DNA of 64,000 nucleotides from Octopus vulgaris (Eukaryota): NCBI GenBank assembly GCA_951406725.2, contig OX597828.1, positions 31,372,001 to 31,436,000 of the forward strand, read 5' to 3'. Shown piece by piece: positions 53,473 to 64,000 of this stretch (position 1 is its first letter; each line of letters starts with the position of its first letter). The notes under the pieces were generated by a model. It saw only the letters and a program-made list of their open reading frames with translations, ran no database searches and was not told where the DNA came from. The position numbers and the translations under genes were made by a program.

Positions 53473-56400
53473 TTATGTTTAATAAAAAATAACTTATTTA
53501 CCTCAGTATTAACATCATTTCCTGCGAAATAGTTACCTTTCACAGCAATAATCTGGGCGAAGTGTTCCTGCATTTTTGGAATCCGGCTCGGAAGTCTTTT
53601 TTCCGTAAACGAGTCTAGTTCTTTCTGCGATTCGCTCTTGATCTCGACAATGGTGTTAAAACGGTAACCATTGAGTTACCGTTTCTTTGGGGAAGACATG
53701 GAAGTCCGCAGGTTCTAAATCTGGCGAATAGGTCAGTTGCGAAAGCGATACCATATTGTATGTTGACGAGAAAATGACGAGTGACGAGAGCGCGGGATCC
53801 GGAAGTATTGTCATCCTAATGAGTCCAATTATTCACGCTCCAGGATCCAATCGCTTTTGTCGAATGTTCTCCTTCAAACGCCTCAAAACCTCGCGGCAGG
53901 ACTCTAAGTAGGTGTTCTGGCCCAGTTGTGTGGTCAGTTCTCGATGCTCAATACCGCGGATGTCGAGAAGAAACGATGAGCTTACTCTTGATCGACCTGC
54001 AGCTCTGTCGTGCATTTGTCGGTCATGGAGATGAAGCGTACTCCATGGCGACCACTGCTGCAGCGTCTCAGACTCGTACGCGTAGACCCAACTCGCGTCA
54101 CCGGGGATCATCCTCAACATGAAGGAGGAGTCATCAGCATCACATTCAAGGAGATCTTCACAAACGTCGACGCAATGATCATTCTGCTCAATGGTCAGCC
54201 AGCGGGGGACAAACTTAGCAGAGACACACCGCATTTTCAATTCAGGCGTTATGATTGCCTGCCGGAACCCATACTACAGATCAATAACATCAGCAAAGTC
54301 GTTGATTTTTCTCTACGCTGGTAAATTTCTCCACATTTCCGGGAGTGACTCTCGTAGCATATCTTCCAGATCGCTTAACGTCTTCCAAGGAAATTCTTCC
54401 GCTCTGGAAGTGCCCGTGCCATTCGAAACATCATGTATTGCCTTGTTTCTATAAGCTTGTCGATGCATGCGCAATGCCTCTACAGCAGATTTTCCAAGTT
54501 TAAAGCAAAATCTTTATGTTGACTCTCTGTTCCTGTCCTTGACAAAATCGCATAGTATAGCATACACGTTATCTCAAAAGAACAAATTTCACAAATTGCG
54601 AAGTAAACAGTGTTGTCACTCGGCGCACCACTTTATGAAGACAATTTCTAGCTCTCACGGTGCATGCCGCCGTGTGCCTGCCATCTGTTCGTGCGCTACA
54701 GAACTAGTCCAGGAAACTTTTGATACCACTTCGTATAGTTCTTAGGTGAGATGTGGCACAGTCATTACCTTGCATCCCAGCAAATCAAATTGCCAACGTT
54801 TTGTATATTTTTTCACGGATATCATAGAAGCTACATATCTTGTACTACATATGCTATTGCAGCATTTCACAGTCAGTTGTGTCTCTGAACTGTTGAAGGA
54901 CTACATCACTTCGACAAATCTCTGAAATCAGTGCTAAGTGTTCTGACTATATCTTTATATTTTCAGTTCAATTTTATTGTACTGTATGGGCATTAATCTG
55001 ATATGTTTTGTAGTAGAACGTGCCACATACGATTGCTTAAATAGGTTCCTCGTTATGTATTCTCGTCATGGCACTTAGCTTCATATTGTGTACCTAGTCA
55101 TGAGTGCTTGAAGCATTTCCTTGGCAGTTGTGTCTGTGAACTGCTGAAATTACACATCACTCCGAGAAGTGCTAAATATGATAAATATATCTGTATATTT
55201 CCAATTCCTTATTATTGTACTGTAGGCGGTGAAGATACAGTATGCATTTATCTCCTTCTTTTTAATGAGATGAAAAGATTTCAAAATGTATTTCAGTGTG
55301 TTTCACCTTAACTTGATCATCCATAACAGGAAACTGAACAGTAATGGGAGCTTGTCTTGAAATATTGTAATTTTGGTTCACCGTCTTGGGAGGGTATCAG
55401 GCAGGCATTTGAATATCACTTTATTTTTCAATTCATATACATTTATTTTAGATATGGGATACGATCATCTTTAACTAAGATGATATGTAAAGCTGTGAAA
55501 TGAATACTTTGGGCTGTATACAATTTTGCTTTCTGTCATAATTTTTGGAGATATTTATCCATTAGTTTTCTGTCAAACAAACGGATGCTTTATGGTTTTC
55601 AATTCTTTGGACATCAAAAACAAGAATATTTGTGGCAAAATGTAGAGTGTGTGGTATAAGATATGTTGTTTGATATGACATCCCTGAAAAAACATATTAA
55701 AACTTTGGCAATTTAATTGATTTGCCCATATCGACAATTTTGTAAATAAATTGATGCAGTCGTACAAATAATTTCAGATTTCCAAAGTATCAAACAGATC
55801 GTGTGCATAACGATCAATTGTATACAATTCAAGCACACACTCAAGCATATAATGATATGAATTTATGTAAGTACATACGCACATGTATAGGTGTATATAT
55901 ATATGTGTGTGTGAGTGTGTCTGTATGCGTAGTTTATTTCCACATATCATTAATTGCAATGAGGTTTCAATCCTTCTCATAGGTAACATTTTCATCAGTA
56001 CAAACTCACTCTCTCTTTGTCTCTCTCTCTGCCTCTCTCTGTCTTTCTCTCTTTCACTTTACATATAACTGTGTGCTTCTTTGAGCGCATGCCTGTGACT
56101 GTATGCATGATGGTCAGTAGACTTTCGCCTAGTAACATTACAATTTTAAAAGTATATCAAAATCAGAAAAAAACAGAACATTAAGTGATGCCGTAGTTCA
56201 ACTGACTAAAGTGAAAATAAGTATTCTGTGGTGAGTGAGTGCGTGGAGGAGTGGCATGTGTGTGCGGGAGTCATTTACACAATTGTAAGATTCATGAAAT
56301 GAAGGGATACAGATGCACATATTATGCCATGAAAAAAAAAAAAAAAACGTTCTGGCATAAAAAATTCTTTTTTAACAATCAGATAATGTGTTTCTGGCTG

Positions 56401-56665
56401 ATTTTTACACGTTATTAATTATATTTAATTCGACAAAATTCTTTCTATTTTGCTCTGTTGGTATTGCCGAATTAAAGAATAAATTGCAGATAATTTAAAT
56501 GTTTTGTGTGTATGACAACATAAAATACGTCTCATATTTGAAAGTTGAACAAACCAAATGCTGAAAATTTGCAATCGTCATTAGATTTAAGATTGAACTA
56601 TGTAGCTTAAAAACGCTCTTGGAAACACATTTACCAAATTCTCAATTATTTAAGCAGTTAAAGTA

Positions 56666-57814
56666 TCGGGTTGGCAACTAAGTTCTCGCTGTTTTTTAAT
56701 TTTGAATTTCTTAAAAGATTTAATAATAAATAACAACTAATTAATCAATAATGTATTCACCCTTGTTGTTTAAAATATCTTTCCAACATTAAAAAAAAAT
56801 TTTCTATGGTACAAATCACCCGATTTCGACTCGAAAAATTGTTCCAACGAAGCTCTCAATTCAGCATCACTATTGAACGAAACTCCGCGCATAGCATTTG
56901 AATGATATCGAAAGAGGTCGAATTCCGTTGGTGCCAAATCAAGAGAGTAGGGTGGGTATGAAGGCACTTTCCAGTCATGCGTTTGAATGACTTCCTTGGT
57001 CATAAGAACGATATGAGGGCGGGCGTTATCATGCATCAGAAGAACCCCATACTGAAGATTAGGCCTTTTCTCTTGAATAGCCGTGTTGAGTCGTTCCATC
57101 CGTAGAACCTAGAGTTCCGCGTTGAGCGCTTTGTTCCGTTAAAGCAATTCGTAATTGATAATCCTTTCCCAGTTCCACAATACGCACAACATCGTTTTAC
57201 ACGGATGAAGACCTTGTTTCATGCGCGGGTGTCGCTTCTTTACCGGGGTAAGCTATTCCTTACGCTGCTTCATATTGATGCGCAGGCACCATTTTTCGTC
57301 GGTAAAGAAATCGTTGCTTGTGTCCATGAGTTGAGCGGTGACGTGCAAGCAAACCAGCGGAGATTGTGGCTCGTTGATCTTTGTTGTCGTCACTTCAAGC
57401 ATGCGGAACTCATTCTCCATACTTCTAAACCATTCCCATCGAGTCAAGATGCTTCTCTATAGCAGTGTGTGGGCTTTCCATTTTGTCTGCCAGTTTATTT
57501 GTCGTTTGACGAGAATTTTCGTGCAAAATTTGCTTATCGATCACGAGCGGTTCCTTCAGCTATGGCAACTTCTCCATACACAGCACAAACGTCGCGAGCA
57601 GATTTTGCGGCCTTAGAACCTTGATTAAAATCAAGAAGGAGATGTGGAAAATGCTCGTTTTTCTTTAACTTGACATTCCATTTTGAATGATCTGAAAATA
57701 AAATTTACTAGAATAAAAAACAAAAATAGATTCCAGAATGTTTCCAAAATAGAATTCTCGAAAAAATTAATTCCAACATTTAAAAAATCCGCAGGAAGAT
57801 AGTTGCAAACCCAA
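56666..57814 (-). mobile_element. Mariner element, near full length, decayed, TA TSD
   Basis: TIRs ta|tcgggttggcaactaag and agttgcaaacccaa|ta; transposase motifs MECQVK, TDEKWC, HDNARPH, PPYSLDLAPTEFDLF. Confidence 0.92.
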
Positions 57815-57953
57815 TATATACTATGCATAAATAGATACATGCAACACATACAGGGATATGCATATATATATATATATATATATACATATAAATGTGCGTG
57901 TATGTACATGTATACATGTACAGACAGACAGACACACACACGCACACACACAT

Positions 57954-57985
<32 letters not shown>

Positions 57986-59573
57986 GCACACATACACATT
58001 TATGTGTGCGGGAGCGTATGTATATACCTAGATGTGTTCAAACACGATGTTAAACATTTTCATAACATAGATATATATTTTTATTAAAATATATAAGTAA
58101 ACTCACATAGCCGGTAAACATTAAAAGTTTTCATTCTTTAACTAATATTTTAAACAAATTTCTGAATCTGGATATTATTTGCAGACCTAATGAGTGTCTA
58201 GTGAATTTTAGTTATATATGTGTCTAATATATTATTCTCTTTTGAAAAAGTTTTCTCTTATTTGATATCATTTTCAAGGTTTGATATCTAGTCACGAATG
58301 GTGTCATATTCTTTGGTAGACCTGTTATAAACGGTAAAAAATAAAAGCTGTTGAATTAATGTGTATAACAGATAAAAAAAATCTATCGACAACTTTTACT
58401 GAGACGCTCCAGGAATTCTAAGCATCTACAATAAAGTGGAAAATAATATAAATAGACTCACTACAATGTAAGAAAACAATAACAAAAAATGAATAAAATG
58501 TAATGTTCCAAAATGTCCTTAAATGAAAAAAAAATATGGGAAAAATATAATGAATGATATCTAATGAAAGGCATGACTAGAATAAACCGATATTCATAAC
58601 TTCATCATTTCTAGAACATATTGTATTTTTTAAATATTTTACGTCTGTCATTTTTATAGATTAGTCATTGTTTAATAATATCACGTACTATAGGTATCGC
58701 TATGGAAGTGCAATGAATAAAGGTTTTTTTTTTGTATTGCTACACTAATGATTATATTTTATTTTGCTATGATAAGAGACTTTAAAAAAATATATGTGTT
58801 ATATACTTTGAATACCTATTACTTTAGTAGTAATACAACTACTAATTTTTCAGGCCAGTAAACTATGTTTTGACTAGCATGATAGGTTTTAAGCAAACTT
58901 GGTAAATGATTTCAAAAAACATTCTTTTGGAGATAGTGACCGCAAGTTCGAAAGATATTGCTTCTGTTTCCATGCTTTGTATTATATTTTCGTCGATGCA
59001 TAATTTTATGTGAGTTTCACTCCATGCTTCCGTGAATGAAAATGCTTGTTGTATTTCATCGTTGCCAGTCGTCACTAAGCTTACATATTAACGCTGGTAG
59101 CGTCTCTAATGAAGCTCCCATGTTAAGAGTTTGCATTCTAAATTATTACGAGTTCATCGTGTGGCATTATTGTATGTTCCTTAGGGAAATATAATTAATT
59201 GATCCAATTATGTATAAAAACAATCATTTGTACGACTGATGTAACTGATTGGGATGTGAGCATCATAAAATTTGCAACGAGGTTTGCTACATTTTTATAA
59301 TGTTGTCAAGACTTAATCTATCGTGCTTCCATTTTTTATAACACAGTGTACTGATCTAAGTACTTTTAGATCACTGGAATTTTTCACAAAGGAAAAATTA
59401 CATTTGTTATGTGTTCTACTCTTATTGACTGTGAGAAAGAGAGTAACTATAACATTTCTTCCTTACATAACTGACATGTCTTTTGGCTACGTTTACTACA
59501 CAAATCTTAAACGATTATACAGCGCAGATATATAGATGTATGGCTTGGTTTCGCCTTTGATTCAAGAAGTAAT

Positions 59574-59786
59574 CTAATCACACCAGGATGCTTCAAGACA
59601 AATGTAGCATTTTTCTGAATGCAGTTTCAAATCTGCTGCTTCATTAGCAGGAAGTACACAGCACACATCATTCTAATTCAGAACACAGTCTGCGGCATTT
59701 TGTTTTTAGATACATCTAGGAAATCTAATTGACTCTTCGAGCACACAAAGATAAAAGAGACCTGTCATGACCACAAAGATTTTCAT
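59574..59786 (-). pseudogene. Possible secreted Cys-rich peptide pseudogene
   Basis: One frame reads MKIFVVMTGLFYLCVLEESIRFPRCI*KQNAADCVLN*NDVCCVLPANEAADLKLHSEKCYICLEASWCD*; signal-peptide-like start, 7 Cys in the mature part, acceptor-like AG 8 nt upstream of the ATG. Confidence 0.3.
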
Positions 59787-60216
59787 GACAACAACTTTAA
59801 TATGCAGAATAAAATAAACATAACCAAAGAATTTATCGTGTAACACGGACTATGTGCTTAGAATTATATGAATATAACTTAACAATACAAATCTATTCCG
59901 AGAAATGCAAAACTGAAAATTAAAATTCGATATGCATTTGCTAAAATTGCGTACAAACACGAAGTGAAAATAATTAATTGAAAGAGAAACTCAATGCAAA
60001 TTGACAATAAATTACAAAACGTATTTATACTATTGACAGCAATTAAGTACACTAAAATCAACCGCAGAGATAAATCGGTCTTTAAATAAGATTATGAGAC
60101 TGCAATAGAGAATAAATATTGAAGTTCAGGGGACAGAGTTCAGGCATTCTCACACAGTAATGATCAGTAAGGTGTTAATGATAGAAAATGGTTTCTATAA
60201 GTTATTATAGATTACG

Positions 60217-60563
60217 GTGGAGGAGCATTGGCCCAGTGGTTAGGGCATTGAACACGTGGTCGTGGGATCGCGGTTTCGATTCTCAGACCGGGCGTTGTGA
60301 GTGTTTATTGAGTTAGAACACTTAATGCTCCACGAGGCCCCGGTACTCTTTCACCACAACTTTCTCTGATTCTTTCTTCTTGTGTCTGTTGTTCCCGTAT
60401 TTCAAAGGGCTAGCGACGTCACACTCTGTGTCACGCTGAATCTCCCCCAAGACTATGTTATTTTGTGGAGTGCTCAGCCACTTGCACGTTAATTTCATGA
60501 CCAGTCTGTTCCGTTGATCGGATCAACTGGAACCCTCGTCGTCATAACCGACAGAGTACCCCG
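60217..60563 (+). mobile_element. tRNA-derived SINE family C (tail type 3) with 12-bp TSD
   Basis: tggcccagtggttagggc...ggtttcgattctcagaccgggcg; TSD ttatagattacg at 60205-60216 and 60564-60575. Confidence 0.92.
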
Positions 60564-60664
60564 TTATAGATTACGACATGAGATATATAATTTTATATGC
60601 TAATCATATTTAAGGTATGTTTGTAACAGTCAGTGTTTTTCTCTTTCTGGCTGACTCACCGTAC

Positions 60665-60718
<54 letters not shown>

Positions 60719-61739
60719 CCATATAAGTATTTGTGTTCGTGCATACGTGTGTGTATTTATGTGTATGTATGTATATACCAATGATAATCATCATTCAAGT
60801 TGCTCCATCAGATAGAAGTAAATTAAAGATATCGAAGAATTCGCTCAGAACCGCATGAATTGTTAGTAGTGTGGCAGTTATGGTGATCAGAATGTTGACA
60901 AATGCTGCTTTTTTTTTTTTCTTTTCTAGAGACAGTTTATATGACAAGCATAATTATCAACAACGATAAGTATATATTTTGAGGGCGAAATGCAAAGGGA
61001 GTCTAGAAATATTCTGGAGCCAGTATTTTAAATTGCTTTCAATAGAAAAAAATATTTTCTTTATGCATCCATAATATGCTAATTGTATCTGGCTTCTTTC
61101 GACACCCATTTCCACCATTTTACTGTAATAGTACACTGACAAATTTTCAAGCAAACTCAAATGCGCATTTGATATATTTTAAAAATGATTTCGACGCTCC
61201 ATTCCACATTAGATAAAAGACAAACACTTTATAGTTATGAAGCATAAAAATTTGTCGTTCGAACTTTTATTTGCACATAAATATTCATATACAATTATAA
61301 GCATGTATATATGTATGCATGCATATTTGTATATACGCGTGTATGTATATAACTAAGTACATGTCTAATATCGTGCAGCCTAGCTTTGATATGCCCATAA
61401 TCAATTTCAGATATAATGCAAATGATGGAATTGTAGATTTTCCTAGATATTGTTTCCATATTAAGCGAGCGATAATACTCACAACGCATTTCAGCATGTT
61501 TGTTACGGATTAATCCATACAAAGAAGATTAGAAAGAAGACATGTAATCTTATGTTTTGAAGAATATACTGAGTGGTAATCTCCGATAGCTTCAAAAACG
61601 TTACCACTTATAATTCTTAACATTACGAAGCACTTCTATAATACGTATGCACAGATAGAAATAAAATAATTTAATACTACATAAAATATGGACGTTAAAA
61701 AGCGCATTATCTATATTGAATATATATGAACATAAAAAC

Positions 61740-61795
<56 letters not shown>

Positions 61796-63382
61796 ATATA
61801 TATGTGTATGTATATGTGTGTGGGTTGTGTGCGTGTATAGCATGTAATCATATGATACATATACTATATGTTCATAATATATATTATATATCATATTATA
61901 TAGCATTGTAGTTATATAATATCTATAATATATGGTTCCGATAACGTATGATCAGCAAAATATATTTCATACACTGACAGATAAATACCGTTTAATATAG
62001 AAGGGAATAAAATAAGAGGTACAACATAAATTCAAATCCGTAAGCGCATGAAGAAATTTATGTAGCCGATGTCGAGGACTCCTATCGCCCCGGACTGCGC
62101 ATCGCTTTTGCAGACATGTGCTCCTCTTTGTTGAATTATACTGCAACAGCTACTTTAATTGTGAATCCTGTGATGAAAGGTGACATAACTCTAAATTTCT
62201 TTCATTTGTCCCTTACTTTTTTCTGTTTCTATTCTCCTTTGTATTCTATTCCAGAAGTAAGATTGCTTTAAGGTCCGTTACAACAACGGGCCTAACCACG
62301 TGTGTGTTAATAGCAACAAACTATTAGTAGCTTCTATTTTAATGCAGGGTATATTAAATGAGGGGAGAGAGAGAGTTGACGTGGCATTAATTTTATGTAA
62401 TAGCGTAGATTTCAGTCATAAACAATTAAATTCCATCAGCATCTGCCTGCTTATCCTAACTCCATTTAGTAATACGTTAGAAATCACAGCTGGATGATAC
62501 GGACATTTTTCTGAACTTCTAAACTACGAGTCGAGTGGTGATACAGTAATTATCAGTATTCTTCAAAGAAATGCCATCAGCAATTTCGAATCTTCACACT
62601 CAATATACTAGAATAGCAATGCTGGTTAAGCATTTGGTAAAATTAGTATCCATGCTGAGAGCTTGCGATTTGCGATGGTAGCACCACACATAATTTTCAC
62701 GGGGTTCTTTTGTAGTCTGGTGGTATGGTGCTATTCCGAACGTATGAAAGGATACAATTATCCTTAAAGAAAATTGAGTTAGATTAAAATTTAATCACCA
62801 TAGAGGTATTCCTCCACACTCACCAGCAGGAAAACCTCTGGCAAGTACTCATCATCCCAGCCTGATTGTTACCGGAAACTCAACGTTGGAGGTAAAATTG
62901 ATAAGTTTTTCATGACAAAAAACATGCAGAAATGCAATGTCAATAATATGGATTTGTTCCCGGATTGGATTGATGTACATACATGCATATATCTCATAAC
63001 CATGTCGCCACCTTTAAGACAATCAATAGTTTTAAAACAGTCAATAAGAGACATTTAAAATCTTTGGCCGATTTTGTATGTAAATGAAGGAGGATTATTA
63101 TATTAAGTACAGCATACATTGTTTCATAGTAAGCCACACGAACACATATAATATGATTTCCAGGAGGTGTCGTCTCTGCTCTGAGGAATCCCTGTCTATT
63201 CTGTGGAACAATGGGGAGACTATTAATAGAATTTCTGAAAGGATCAAGATGCCTAAACGCATATAAATGTACTTTCGCACAATGTAGTGGGAATGAATTT
63301 GCGTAGGTGTTAACATAATTTACTTTAAGGTATTGATGAATTTAGTTTAGTTTAGTTTTAGCCTCTCAATTCTTATAAATAC

Positions 63383-63617
63383 ATATTTCTTTACTACCCA
63401 CAAGGGGCTAAACACAGAGAGGATAAACAAGGACAGACAAACGGCTTAAGTCGATTGCATCGACCCCAGTGCGTAAATGGTACTTAATTTATCGACCCCG
63501 AAAGGATGAAAGGCAAAGCCGACCTCGGCGGAATTCGAACTCAGAACGTAACGGTAGACGAAATACGGCTACGCATTTCGTCCAGCGTGCTAACGTTTCT
63601 GCCAGCTCCCGCCATAC
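63383..63617 (-). mobile_element. SINE family B, full length with 9-bp TSD
   Basis: Family B core; TSD tataaatac at 63374-63382 and 63618-63626. Confidence 0.92.
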
Positions 63618-63840
63618 TATAAATACCAAGTAGCTAGCTATTTAACTCGATTTGTGATTGTGAGAGCACCAAACCACACGTCTTCGTGTGCTTACGTTTT
63701 CGCGGATGTTTCTATGGGCGAGTGTACACGCGCCATGCTGATTGCGCGTAGGTATTCATGCATCATTATTTGTCAACCGTTATTTTTAATACATTATCCG
63801 TTTGTTTTTTGCATCTTGATTTTATTTTTGATCTTCTATG

Positions 63841-64000
63841 TTAACCCCTTACCCGGCAGAAACGAATATATGTGTTTTGACCGAAATCGTTTTATTCTAT
63901 CTCTGGCGAGTTGACTCGTCAAAAGATAGACTCGCCAAAATCGACAGCAAACGAGTTCCTTCGTCTATTATCAACTCTTTTTTGACACTGGTTTCTGCCC
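63841..64000 (+). mobile_element. Possible piggyBac-like terminus running off the window
   Basis: TTAA followed by CCC and a more GC-rich subterminal region with short repeats (gactcg); the other end is not visible. Confidence 0.3.

Larger units (their letters stand above)
52396..54737 (-). mobile_element. Mariner element, decayed, with a nested insertion next to its 3' TIR
   Basis: TIRs tacgagatggtatcaaaacgttccggactagt (52396) and actagtccaggaaacttttgataccacttcgta (~54704-54736); transposase motifs AKFVPRWLT, GDASWVYAY, PYSPDLEPADF. Confidence 0.88.

Overview
AT-rich eukaryotic, repeat-dominated non-coding (intergenic or intronic) DNA. The SINE families and the extreme (TA)n/(CA)n/(GATA)n/triplet microsatellite density match what I recall of Octopus-type (coleoid cephalopod) genomes; this is an inference, not a database result. 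I find no intact host gene, rRNA, tRNA gene or CRISPR array, and most ORFs in the supplied track are translated microsatellites. Contents: decayed non-LTR retrotransposons (Penelope-like, R4/Dong, Tx1/L1, Hero, RTE), a possible DIRS remnant, mariner and Tc1 transposon fossils, Helitron/Helentron-like elements, about 20 tRNA-derived SINE copies with shuffled modules, and a 2.2-kb phased A4T4 satellite. The most interesting signal is at least five unrelated short elements inserted at (TA)n tracts that each carry a minimal type I hammerhead-ribozyme-like fold, several with family-specific core substitutions. These elements repeatedly sit next to inverted or direct copies of neighbouring genomic DNA. 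Weaker leads are a signal-peptide/Cys-rich peptide pseudogene and a few exon candidates.
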